A DNA stretch of 64,000 nt from Octopus sinensis (Eukaryota): NCBI RefSeq assembly GCF_006345805.1, contig NC_043014.1:8308001-8372000 (forward strand), read 5' to 3'. Positions 37,736 to 50,615 of the stretch are shown here, one piece after another; the first letter of the stretch is position 1, and each line of letters opens with the position of its first letter. The translations under genes and the position numbers were made by a program. The notes under the pieces were generated by a model. The model was not told the DNA's origin. It saw nothing but the letters and a program-made list of their open reading frames with translations, and searched no databases.

Positions 37736-39523
37736 TTCTAAATGATGTTCTAAATCCTCAATTATCTGAAGTTTCTCTGTTATTTGGAGAAAGAAAACAA
37801 ACACCTAGTGGTCACAGTCAGCAACTCTCAGAGGGAGAGAGAGTTACTTTCAATAAATTGAAAATTAATTCATCATCATCATCATCATCGTTTAACATCC
37901 GTTTTCCGCGCTAGCACAGGTTGGACGGTTCGACTGGGGTCTGGGAAGCCAGGAGGCTGCACCAGGCTCCAGTCTGATCTGGCACTGTTTCTACAGCTGG
38001 ATGCCCTTCCTAACGCCAACCACTCCGTGAGTGTAGTGGGTGCTTTTTACATGCCACCGGCACAGGTGCCAGGGGAGTCTGGCAGCGGCCACGATCAGTT
38101 GGTGCTTTTAACGTGCCACCGGCACGGAAATTAATTTACATGTTTTAAGTAAAATCTGGTCTTTGTTAGGGTTAGGGACAACTGGCCAGATGTTTCAGTC
38201 GTATTGGACCTTGTCAACATAGTATAGTCAAGTCAAACTTACTTTGATCAGTCAACAGACGTTTTTACTTATAGAAAAAGAATTATGAGCATTTTTGGCC
38301 TTTAGTAATAATTATAATGACAAAAAAATGACATATATATATATAGGCGCAGGTGTGGTAAGAAGCTTGCTTCTCAACCATCTGGTTCCAGGTTCAGTCC
38401 CACTGTGTGACACCTCAGGTAAGTGTCTTCTACTATAGCCTCAGGCCGACCAAAGCCTAACTGGATTTGGTAGACAGAAACTGAAAGAAGCCTATTCTCT
38501 CTCTCTCTCTCTGTGGTACTTTGGGCAAGTGTCTTCTACTATAGCCCCGGGCCGACCAAAGCCTTGTGAGTGGATTTGGTAGATGGAAACTGAAAGAAGC
38601 CTGTTGTGTATATGTATATACACCGATGCTGGTGTGTTCATGTCCCCATAACTTGGCGGTTCGGCAAAAGAGACTGATAGAATAAGTACTAGGCTTACAA
38701 AGGATAAGTCCTGGGGTCGATTTGCTCGACTAAAGGCGGTGCTCCAGCATGGCCTCAGTCAAATGACTGAAACAAGTAAAAGAATAAAGAGAGTATATAT
38801 ATATATGTGTGTGTGTGTGTGTATCTGTATTTGTCCCTCCACCATCGATTGACAACCAGTGTTGGTGTTACTGCGTCCCTGTAACTTAGCGGTTTGGCAA
38901 AAGAGACTGATAGAAGAAGTATCAGGCTTTGAGAACTGGACCCATGACTTAACAATAATAAATCCTGGGGGCGATTTGTCTGACTAAAAACCCTTCAAGG
39001 TGGTGCCCCAGCATGGGCACAGACAAATGACTGAAATAAGTTAAAAGTAAACGAAAAGATATGAACTAAGGGAAATAACTCAAGTTGCTCAATACCATTT
39101 ATCATTTTAGTCAGGTGAGGAAGCTGGCCCTTCACACAGCCTCCAAGACTAGAGGGAGGGATGGAGGAAGGAAAGTATCCTCTAACTGGTGACCTGGCCT
39201 CAATGTTTGCAGCAAAATGGACTTTGTCATATGTATCCAAAATGCTAGATTGTCGTATTAAACTAAGCAACAGATTAATCTTACCACTCAAGTAAGCCAC
39301 AGAAGGATTTGAACTCAGAGTGCAAAGAGCTGGAATATATACTGCAAGGTATCCACTCCAACATTCTTACAGTTCTTTCAATCCAAAGCCTTAGATTGGT
39401 CCCTTCTTGTTGAATCTGAAAGTATGAACAGCAAGATGACTTCAGAGAAACTTGAACTCAGGATGCCAATTGTCAGAACAAATATTACAAAGCAGTCTAA
39501 CTAACACTTGAACAACTCCGCCA

Positions 39524-39959
39524 GGATCTTTCCGGCTTGACCAGCAGTTTTTTAAAATAATTTCCACGTAACTAAATACTTTTAAACTTCGTATACTGGT
39601 AGAATGTATTTATAAAACATCTTTTTCTCTTGGCCTTATTGAGAAAATTTCTATAGTTTGTAAGATATTTGTTGTTTTTTTTCTTCAATTCCTGCAATTC
39701 CAACCAATCAATGACGTCTATTGAGGTGAAAACATTCTGTGCCGTATGAATATGTCCCTCATTTAAGAAACAGATTGGGTTTATTTACATTTCTGAAGAA
39801 AAATAGATACCCTTCCCCCCATCCCTAGCCCTAACCCTAACTCTAACCCTAACCCTAAAACAGATTGAAATGCAATAGATCGATACTAGGGTCATAATTA
39901 TGGGTGACAATTTCATATGACACTGCTAGAAGAAACTGCCATTCAAACCGAAAAGATCC
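39524..39959. mobile_element. GGATC-TIR MITE, inverted relative to 10803-11208
   Basis: Same internal sequence in reverse; about 6 CCCTAA-like units at 39823-39858; possible decayed 8-bp TSD CTCCGCCA/TTCAGCCA. Confidence 0.85.
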
Positions 39960-40098
39960 TTCAGCCAATTTGATGCCTATATAACTTTAGGCAAGTTAAA
40001 GCGTTGACTTACTGAATGATGTACTCCAACAATTACCAATCAACTGCTGTCTGACTTGAGCTTACAAGCTCATTTGGGCACAGCTTGTACAGGTCTAA

Positions 40099-40312
40099 GC
40101 CTTTAGCAGTCAGATTACTCTGTCAAATGTAATGCTTATTTATCCACGTTGTTTCGAATTAATCATGATTATCTCATAGCTTCAAGATTTTCATGATGAG
40201 ATTGTTTATTTTTAGAATGATACTGTAGGGCAAGTGTGAAAGCTTGGATCTGGCCAATTTGAATATAAAACAGGTAGAATATTTGGGCTGGTTACAGCCA
40301 GGTTAAAAAGGT
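40099..40312. mobile_element. piggyBac-like MITE (decayed)
   Basis: CCTTTAGCA...TTAAAAAGG ends; inverted homolog of 59808-60452. Confidence 0.55.
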
Positions 40313-40451
40313 AAAGCATTTAAGCAATTTGGAGTATACAAGACTCCTTTCTTCCACAGAATGGGATATCAATCTTTCTCAGATGAACATTGGTGCCAGC
40401 TGTCACTGGTTTCTAATTTTTAGCTGAGTGGATTGAACCATCAAATAGGAA

Positions 40452-40847
40452 GTTAGTTAGTTAGTTAATTTTTTGGCTCAAAAAGCAAAAAGCAAGGCCA
40501 TGTAGGGGGACATGGAGTGATGTACAGGGTGGTGTTCATGTAAAGAGTTCAGTCCACTTGTGGTCAAGGGAGACTTTGAACCGAGCGGTCGTCGGCATCT
40601 TCACTATCTCGTCCGGCAGCTTATTCCACGGATCCGCAACCCGGACGGAGAAAGCTCCTCTCCTTCGATTGAGATGAAATCGTCGCAGATAGAGCTTTTC
40701 GGAGTGACCCCGCAGCCGGCGCTCTGGAGCAGGAGTGAAAAACAGCTCTTTCGAGAGGTTACACTTTCCGCTTATGATGTTGTGAGCAAGAATGAGATCA
40801 CCACGGCGACAGTGTTTTTCTAGAGAATAAAGGTCGAGCGTCTTCAG
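40452..40847 (-). mobile_element. CR1-clade LINE 3' fragment
   Basis: RRGDLILAHNIISG...LRGHSEKL...FSVRVADPWNKLP; (AACT)n tail. Confidence 0.92.
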
Positions 40848-41089
40848 AACTGGACCCATGACTTAACAATTGTGAGCCCAACCCGAACCTTCTAACCAAA
40901 CCAGTAGGCCAAATGCCTAAAAAAAAAAAGAAAAAAGGTTAGAAAAATAGAACCAAACAGCAATTGTTAGTGACACGAAGAAAAAGGGGAGAAATTTCCA
41001 GAAATTAAGAATTCATTACACAAAATTGATTAGCATAATTAAGTTTAGGGAGTGGTCGGATTTCTGTTTTGCAGGCATCAACAGTTAAC

Positions 41090-41723
41090 AATTGCAACAA
41101 CAAAACTTTGCTAGATTTGGTGGAACAACAACAACAGCAATGACAGACAGTAATGCTAACTTCAGTACCATAACAACAACAACAACAACAGTTGCAATTG
41201 ACACATTATCTACATTATAGCAACAACAACAAACATTAATAGTAATAACCTCAACAACATTTACAACAGCAATAGCAACATCAGTTCATTTGTACTAAAC
41301 AACAGGACAACAACAACAACAACAACAATAATGATAATAATAATGATGATGATGATAATAATGATGGTGATAATAATGATGGTAACAGAAGCTGTAGTTG
41401 TACAAGAACAATGGTAGCAGCGATGAACTGTTACTCACCAGCTGCTGCTGATGCCGCTGGTGGTGAGTAACATGAGCTGCAATAACAACAATAACAATAA
41501 CAGCAACAATGTTAGCCCAGCAAATGATGTAGTTGTACAAGAACAATGGCAGAGGGCTCTGTCTACAAGAACGACGACAACAACAACAGCAACAACAACT
41601 GCAGCAGTTAACTGGTGCAACAACAGCAGCGGCAGCAGCAGCTGTAGCAGTGAACTGGTTACAAGAACAACAACTACCACCACCACCACCACCACCACCA
41701 CCACCGCTACTACCACCACTACC

Positions 41724-41754
<31 letters not shown>

Positions 41755-42890
41755 TTACTACCACCACCACTACTACCACCACCACCACTGTCGCCACCAC
41801 TATAACTACCACCATCACTACCACTGTCGCCACCCCAACTACCACCACCACTACTACCACCACCACCACTACTACTACCACCACCACCACTACTACCACT
41901 ACTACCACCACCACCACTACTAACACTACTACCACCACCACCACCACCACTACTGCTGCCCCCACCCCGCCGCCGCCAAAAAAAAAGCTAAGCAATAAAA
42001 CTAGGAGATGTAGTTGTAACAATAACCATTGAATGTTTATTGTTGTACAAGAACAAAAGCAGTGATCTAACTACAACTACAACAACAACAACGACGACAA
42101 CAACAATCTTAGTAGTGGACCAGCCATACCAAACAGCAGCAGCAGTGAAGTGGCTGTAATAACAACAACGACAACAACAACAACACCAGTGGACTAGCAA
42201 CAGCAACAAAGTCCACCATGGCTACAATAACAGCAGCAGTAGTAGTAGTAGTAGCAGTGAACCAGATATCGCAACAACAACAACAACAAGAAAGACAGCC
42301 ATAGCTACAGCAACAACAAAGGCTGTCATAGTAGCAGCAGTAGTAGTTGTAGTAGTGGTGGTGGTGGTAGTAGTAGTAGTAGTAGTGGTGGTAGTAGTAG
42401 TAGTAGTAGCAGCAGTAGTAGTAGTAGTGGTGGTGGTGGTAGTGGTAGTAGCAGTGAACCAGCTACAACAACAAAGATAGCTTATAGCTGCAATAACAAC
42501 AACAGCCGTGGCAGTAGTCGCTGTGAGGTGACTACAACAACAAAGGCAATCATAGCTACAACAACAACAAAAACGACGAGGACAGCCGTAGTAGTCGCAG
42601 TGAAAAGCTACAACAATAAGAACAGCCGTAGTAGTAGTAGTAGTAGTAGTAGCAGCAGCAGCAGCAACAATGAGCTAACAACAACAACAACAACAGGAAT
42701 GTCAATAGCAGCAGCAGCAGCAGTGAACTAGTTACAACAATAGCAGCAACATTTAATACTAGTGCAGTCTAACTGTAGGCTGTATTTGTACAAGAACAAT
42801 GGCAATGCAATATAGTAGCAAGCAAGGCAGCTGTACAACAACAACAACAGCAACAACAACAACAACTGCAGTGTCGTAGCAACATGATAC
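41090..42890. repeat. Degenerate trinucleotide minisatellite field with recurrent spacer motifs
   Basis: (CAA),(CAG),(ACC/ACT),(GTA) runs punctuated by GTTGTACAAGAACAA and GCAGTGAAC motifs. Confidence 0.85.
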
Positions 42891-43767
42891 AGTTGAATCA
42901 AAACACAAAAGATTCAAGGTTCAGTGTGAAAGGGACGTGCCTGTAGCTGTTGCTCTCTCTCTTTCTCTCTTTGACTCCCTCGGTCCACTGGATGGATGGA
43001 TGGATGATATACCAGGCAAACTTGAAGTCTGGACAGCTGGATGGAATGAAGATTGCCGGATCAAGCAATGAATATTTCTGAGGTTTGTTGTTTTCCTCTT
43101 GTTACCGTATCAATGTAACGTTTATTGGCAACACAAAAAAACACAGCTGAATGTGTAATGTCAGGTTTATTGCATATTAGATAGAAACAACTTGAGTTTA
43201 AGATATGCAAGGTTTTGCTGCTGCTGTTGTTGTTGTTGTTATTATTATTATTTGATAGAACACATTTGAACAACTACAGTGAGCTGGTCTTTTAACATTT
43301 GAAATGCGAGGAAACGTAAGGTTTAATAGCTGTTTGAGCTGCTTTGCTGCTAGTGGAGAAGAAAATACCTGTGTGGTTATTGATTAATAACACACAGGAT
43401 CACAGTTTAGCCTGATTTTGAGTTTTGTAAAATGCTGAATGATTTGAGCTTCTAATGTACATGTTTGGTCAAGTCAGATCTTTATACTTGTCTCTGTTTT
43501 ACATTTATATTTACATTTTCTTTTTGTGTGTTTGTGTGATCTGCTCCCACCCTGCAAAGTTTTTTATTCTTTTACTTGTTTCAGGCATTTGACTGCGGCC
43601 ATGCTGGAGCACCGCCTTTAGTCGAGCAAATCGACCCCGGGACTTATTCTTTGTAAGCCCAGTACTTATTCTATCGGTCTCTTTTGCCGAACCGCTAAGT
43701 GATGGGGACGTAAACACACCAGCATCGGTTGTTGAGCTATGCTGGGGGGACAAACACAGACACACAA

Positions 43768-43843
<76 letters not shown>

Positions 43844-44147
43844 CATATATACGACAGGCTTCTTTCAGTTTCCATCTACCAAATCCACTCACAAGGCATT
43901 GGTCAGCCCGGGGCTATAGTAGAAGACACTTACCCAAGATGCCACGCAGTGGGACTGAACCCAGAACCATGTGGTTGGTTAGCAAGCTACTTACCACACA
44001 GCCACTCCTGCACCATATTTGAATATTTATATAGGAAGTGTTGAAGTAAATGTTTCTTAACTCTTCAACTATGATGATGGAATCATTTATTTTCAGCTGG
44101 ACAGACTAAAGACACACAATGATATACTAATACCCAAGGTACTATGC

Positions 44148-44349
44148 CAGTGCTTTTCAACCTTTTTGCTGGAGCGGAACCCCAACAAAAACATTTCACT
44201 GGGTCGAGGAACCCCTGTGCAATAATTTAATTGTCTTATGCACACATATCTGCACAGGAGAATGAAAAATTACTGTCGATTTTAGCATTTTTGTAACTTC
44301 TTGCGGAACCCCTGGACTGTACTGGCGGAACCCTGGTTGAAAACCACTG
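44148..44349 (-). mobile_element. hAT (Charlie-like) MITE
   Basis: Third copy; TSD TACTATGC/TACTATAC. Confidence 0.88.
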
Positions 44350-45341
44350 TACTATACAATATTCATCACAAAGTTTGAACTCATGACTTTATCATAAGCA
44401 GTCTCGCATTTTAATGTTATAAAATGAGTTAACAAAATAAAATATTCCTGAGGTTTGGGATATGTTCAGAAGTAGATGAATGTGAGCGTCTAGTTCTCAA
44501 AAATATGAAGCTTTTACATTTTTTTGTGCCTTTTAAAAACACCAAATTGTTAAATTCTTTGGACATTGCTTTGAAAATTTTTATTGATCCAAGAATGTGA
44601 TAGGATTTAGAACTTATTGGTATTAACAGTAGGAAAAGTGTTAGAATTAAAGGTTATGATTGATTAGTGAGGTGATTGGCAGTGGGGACATTGGATAAGT
44701 AGTGAAAGAAAGTTCATGGCTAAGTCACTTCATGGTAAATACCTTGAGTTGATAGAATGTGAAGATTGAAGGGGTACTGTCAACATGGACTGGTATCGCA
44801 TAGCAGAGGAGGTAACTTTGAAGCCTTTTTTCTTTTTTTTTTTTGAGAGTATACTGTTCATCAGAATTGTTTCTCCACATTTTGACTCCGTGACATTTAT
44901 TATTATTAGGGCAGCAATCTGAGAAAATCATTAGCACATCAGACAAAATGCTTAGCAGTATTTCTCCCAGCTTTATGTTCTGAGTTCAAATACTGCCAAG
45001 GTCATCTTTGCCTTTTACCCTTTCAGAGTCAATAAAATAAATACCAGCTAAGCACTAGTGTCACTGTAATCAACTAGCAGAATTTCAAAACTTTTATATT
45101 ATCATATAAAAGCAATGAAATGGCGGAATCATAAGCATGCAGAACGAAATGCTTAGCAGTATTTCGCCTTTCGCTACGTTCTGAGTTGAAATTCTGCCGA
45201 GGTCGACTTTGCCTTTCATCCTTTTGGGGTTGCTAAAATAAGTACTTTTTACACACTGGGGTCGATGTAATCGACTAGTTCCTTCCCCAAAAATTTCAGG
45301 CCATGTACCTATAGCAGAAAAAAAAATTATTATTATTATTA

Positions 45342-45382
<41 letters not shown>

Positions 45383-45400
45383 TAATAATAATAATCTTTC

Positions 45401-45451
<51 letters not shown>

Positions 45452-45466
45452 TAATAATAATAATCT

Positions 45467-45506
<40 letters not shown>

Positions 45507-45599
45507 TGAAAGACTCTCGGATTCATCATCATCATCATCATCATCGTTTAGCATCCGTTTTCCATGCTAGCATGGGTTGGATTGTTCTTAATTACTGGT

Positions 45600-45860
45600 T
45601 GTTCTTTACTTGAAAGCAGGCAATGACAAATCACCAAAGGTTTCAGGTAGTGCCTTCTCCTGTGACTCGAAGGGTCAATACTTTCCTTAGGATGTGAGCT
45701 GTACCCAACATTGCTGTCTTCTGGGTCACTTCAAACCTGACAGCAGCTCCAATGTTTTTAATATGCTTTTCAAAGCTCTTGGAAACTGCTCCTAATAGTC
45801 CAATTACCACTGATATCACCATTATTTTCCTCATGCCCCATAACTTCCCTATGTCGTCAG
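45600..45860 (-). mobile_element. 3' end of R4/Dong-like (REL-endonuclease) non-LTR element
   Basis: WGMRKIMVISVVIGLLGAV...QKTAMLGTAHILRKVL resembles the C-terminus of R4-clade ORFs as I recall it. Confidence 0.65.
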
Positions 45861-45981
45861 GTTCAATCTCACTGCACAGCACTATTGATAAATGTCCATC
45901 AACATGGTTTGACCAGTTGAATTGACCAGTGCCTTATGAATGAAAATTTGGTTCAAGACCTATCATGTGTATGTGTGTGTG

Positions 45982-46016
<35 letters not shown>

Positions 46017-46245
46017 CATAAATCTAAGGGTAGCAAAAAAGCTAAAGATGGCAATGCCAATTGTAACTTAAAATCATTTTATTTTATTTACAAAAGATTG
46101 CCGAAACTATGCATAGTCCAGGAAAGATAGGGTAAACGTTTTTATTTCTCATTCCCTTTCAGAATTACAACTATTAGTGGTTTGGAGTTTGACTGTTCTT
46201 TCTAGTGAGTCAGATATCCTATTATGGTCATCTCTTATATGTTTC

Positions 46246-46876
46246 GGTGGCACATAAGAAAACCATCCGAACGTGACCGTAGCCAGTACCGCAATGACTG
46301 GCCTCCGTGCTGAGGGCACGTAACAAACACCATCCGAGCGTGGCCGTCCGCCAGCCTCGTCTAGCACCTGTGTCGGTGACACATAAGAAAACACCATCCG
46401 AGCGTGGCCGTCTGCCAGCCTCGTCTGGCACCTGTGTCGGTGGCACATAAAACACCATCCGAGCGTGGCCGTCTGCCCCTCGTCTGGCACCTGTGTCGTG
46501 GCACATAAAAAAAAACACATCCGAGCGTGGCCGTCTGCCAGCCTCGTCTGGCACCTGTGTCGGTGGCACATAAAAAAACACCATCCGAGCGTGGCCGTCT
46601 GCCAGCCTCGTCTGGCACCTGTGTCGGTGGCACATAAAAAACACCATCCGAGCGTGGCCGTCTGCCAGCCTCGTCTGGCACCTGTGTCGGTGGCACATAA
46701 AATCACCCACTACACTCTCGGAGTGGTTGGCGTTAGGAAGGGCATCCAGCTGTAGAAACACTGCCACATCTGACTGGCCTGGTGCAGCCTTCGGGCTTCC
46801 CAGACCCCAGTTGAACCGTCCAACCCATGCTAGCATGGAAAGCGGACGTTAAACGATGATGATGATGATGATGATG

Positions 46877-46880
<4 letters not shown>
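46246..46880 (+). mobile_element. RTE family 1 3' UTR-derived element with internal A + 6xB cassette array (about 62-64 bp units)
   Basis: CATCCGAGCGTGGCCGTC occurs six times between 46330 and 46660; ends CATGCTAGCATGGAAAGCGGACGTTAAAC(GAT)n. Confidence 0.9.
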
Positions 46881-46909
<29 letters not shown>

Positions 46910-47454
46910 TACACACAAACACACGTGTGAGCAGGCATGATTTTGTGCTTGAGATGTTTGCTTCCAAACCACATGGTTATGGGTTCAAACCTACTGCAAA
47001 GCACTTCGGTGAAGTATCTCCTACTATAACCCTAGGCTGACCAAAGCCCATTGCATACATATATACATGTGTGTGTGTATCCTTGCCTTGCCATCATTTG
47101 GTGATCATTGCTATTAACGCCATGTCATTCACTTCCAATTTTCTGTGAAAACAAGTCTGACCAGAGGTATGTATATATATACACACACATACATATACAC
47201 ATGCTGGTGTCAGGTCAATGGCACACATGCCGGTGTCATGTAAAAAGCACTCACTACACTCTCAGAATGTTTGGCATTATGAAGGGCATCCAGCCATTGA
47301 AACCTTGCCAAATCACATTGGAACCTGGTGCAACTCCCCATCCCAGTTTACCAGTTTTCAGTCAAACTGTCCAACCCATGCCAGCATGGAAAGCGAATGT
47401 TAAACGAGGATGATGATGGTATTACATGTGTGTGTGTATAAGTGTATATATATG

Positions 47455-47505
<51 letters not shown>

Positions 47506-47587
47506 TAGTATATCATCATCATCATCATAGATTGGATGGTTTGACTAAGGACTGGCAAGCCAGCAGGCTGCACCAGTTGTATATATA

Positions 47588-47621
<34 letters not shown>

Positions 47622-47796
47622 CACTTACATATGCATGTATATGCATATGTATATATACACACGCATATTTGTATGTATGTGTATATATATATATATATAC
47701 ACACATGCATATTTGTATATGCATATATATTACACATGCATATTTATATACATATATATGTATGTATATATATATATATATATATGTGTGTATGTG

Positions 47797-47868
<72 letters not shown>

Positions 47869-48069
47869 GTCAAAACTCTTCACACAGGAACTTAGTTTGA
47901 TTTAAAAACCCCACTAGAATGGGAGAAAGCGCTAATACATGATCTAAGTTACATGATGTATAAAAAATGTAATATAGAAATAAATATCTGTAAATATAAA
48001 CCATCCGATTTTCTGAGTACCTCATTTCTTCTAATATAAAATACCTGTACATCATCTCCAAACCTTCCA

Positions 48070-48111
<42 letters not shown>

Positions 48112-48193
48112 TTTATTTAAAGCATATTACTCTACCACTGGTATTTGAGCACTCTTTTTTCCACCTTGTTTCACATTTATATGTTTACTCCGG

Positions 48194-48227
<34 letters not shown>

Positions 48228-48304
48228 GCATAAACATATATACACATGCATATATATATATAGACACATACATACATACATACATACATACATGTGTGTG
48301 TATG

Positions 48305-49075
48305 TATTTGTATACCCCCACTGGCAACAAAAGGTCTCTCCCTCAGAGCGAAAAGTAGATTGTATGATGCATGTGTGCGAACTGCCATGCTTCACGGTAA
48401 TGAAACATGGGCTGTGACTGCAGAGGACATGCGTAGACTTGAAAGAAATGAAGCTAGCATGATCCGCTGGATGTGTAGTGTCAGTGTGCACGCAAGACAG
48501 AGTGTAAGCATCCTGAGAGAAATGCTGGATATAAGAAGCATCAGATGTGGTGTGCAAGAGCGACGCTTGCAATGGTATGGTCATGTGCTGTGGATGGATG
48601 AAGAGAGAAGTGTGAAGAAGTGCCACTCCCAAACAGTTGAAGGTATCAGGGGGAGAGGTAGACCCAGGAAGACATGGGATGAGGTAGTCAAGCATGACCT
48701 CAGAGCATTGGGCCTCACTGAGGCAATGGCGAAGGACCGAGATCTCTGGAGATATGCTGTGACTGCAAAGACCCGGGCTGCTTTCTGCAGCAATTCCACA
48801 TACCCCCTACCCATTCAAAGTACCCCGGATCCCGTTGCCCCTGTGCCGCTGGCACGTTAAAAGCTCGAACCGATCGTGACTGATGCCGGACCCCCCGGCC
48901 CCTGTGCAGGTGGCACGTAAAAAGCACCCACTCCACTCACGGAGTGGTTGGCGTTAGGAAGGGCATCCAGCCGTAAAAACTCTGCCAGATCAGACTGGAG
49001 CCTGGAGCGGCCCCTGGCTTCCCAGACCCCGGAAAACGGACGTTAAACGATGGTGATGATGATGATGATGATGTG
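48305..49075 (+). mobile_element. RTE family 1 LINE 3' portion (ORF end plus 3' UTR plus (GAT)n tail)
   Basis: [27 protein letters not shown]...RRLQWYGHVL...RGRGRPRKTW...DRDLWR; the UTR continues into GTGGTTGGCGTTAGGAAGGGCATCCAGC, the repeat seen about 20 times in the window. Confidence 0.92.
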
Positions 49076-50289
49076 CTGTGTGTGTGTTTGTCTTCATCTT
49101 TTTTGTGTTGATTATACTTTAATAGTGTTGGCACTTGTTTATGTTCCCCCATTAGCAAAACGCACTGCTCAGAATGAAGTTTGTTCACTAGAAAATAAGG
49201 GCTGGTCACAGAACGCTGACTTATGAAGTCTGATCTTACCCATCCCAACATGGAAAGATGTAGACACAAAATTATTGCAAGTGATGCATACAGAAATAGT
49301 GATGATGACGATGACATCGATGATGATGATGATGATGATTTTTTGCTTGCAAGTTTAGAAAGTAATTCAAAGTTTGATGCAACCTAAAAAGCATTTGGTT
49401 TTTGGTTAAGTGTAAGTGCCTAAAGTATTAAACTTTTAGTTCTTTATTCGATTTATTCAATATTTCATGATCTCTACGTAGGAGTGGCTGTGTGGTAAGT
49501 AGCTTGCTTACCAACCACATGGTTCCGGGTTCAATCCCACTGCATGGCACCTTGGGCAAGTGTCTTCTGCTATAGCCTCAGGCCGACCAAAGCCTTGTGA
49601 GTGGATTTGGTAGACAGAAACTGAAAGAAGCCCGTCGTATATATGAGGGCAGCTGCATCGAACTCTCTCATGCACCAAATGGCAATTGCTAAAAAGCATT
49701 CGTGAAGTAAAATTATGTAGCAACATCAAATGGCGGTGCCCCAGCATGGCCATAGCTCGTGAGCTGAAACTAGATAAAATAATAAAAAAATAATAAATAA
49801 TAATATGTATATGTATATGTGTGTATGTTTGTGTGTTTGTATTTGTCTCTCCAACATCGCTTGACAACTGATGCTGGTGTGTTTACGTCCCCATAACTTA
49901 GCGGTTCGGCAAAAAGAGACCGATAGAATAAGTGCTAGGCTTACAAAGAATAAGTCCTGGGGTCGATTTGCTCGACTAAAGGTGGTGCTCCAGCATGGCC
50001 ACAGTCAAATAACTGAAACATGTAAAAGAGTAAAGAGTATTAATACATTGTCACAGACCTTCACTGCTTTGCTCAGATTGCAGGCTTTATATTAATCCTT
50101 AGATTACTTAGTTTCAGCAATGTACTTACAATCAGTTCTGGAGTTTGCTAAACCAATCTCCTCAAAATGTGAGGTAGGACTTGAAATCTGAATTTGAAAT
50201 CCAAAAATATGAAAAGGACACAAAGAGCCAATATATGAATGCGTATATATTTTAAGTTCTTTTTTTTTCTAGAGGTACTGTCATCCAGT

Positions 50290-50615
50290 AAGTTTGTTGA
50301 AAGGTGGGTGAATGTGACAAGAATGGCCTGCATGAATAGGCCCGCTCTAAATGTGCACCTGTAGGCCGGATGGAAGAGAGAAGAGAGGGCGCCTTCCCGA
50401 GGAGCTGTCAGTGTTAAAGGGCTCAAAGTGTGTGAGGTTTCTTTGGTCACCTTATGATGGAACTCCCCCACCCCTATTGGGGAATCATATTGTTAATTTA
50501 ATCCCCTTGTTAATCGTTGTGTTTCTTGGCTGTTTACTCGTTTAGCCTCATTGTCCCTCATCTGTGTACCGTCCTCTATGTCTTGTGTTCGGCCCTGGTG
50601 GCCAGTAAAGAAAGA
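50290..50615 (+). mobile_element. 3' fragment of Tx1/L1-like LINE
   Basis: ERWVNVTRMACMNRPALNVHL*, UTR ending CCCTGGTGGCCAGTAAAGAAAGAATTATT. Confidence 0.5.

Noticed and set aside
48860-48900. Hammerhead ribozyme core (CTGATG...) in the RTE UTR
   Set aside because: Lacks the CUGAUGA and GAAA core; no ribozyme consensus could be matched by eye.
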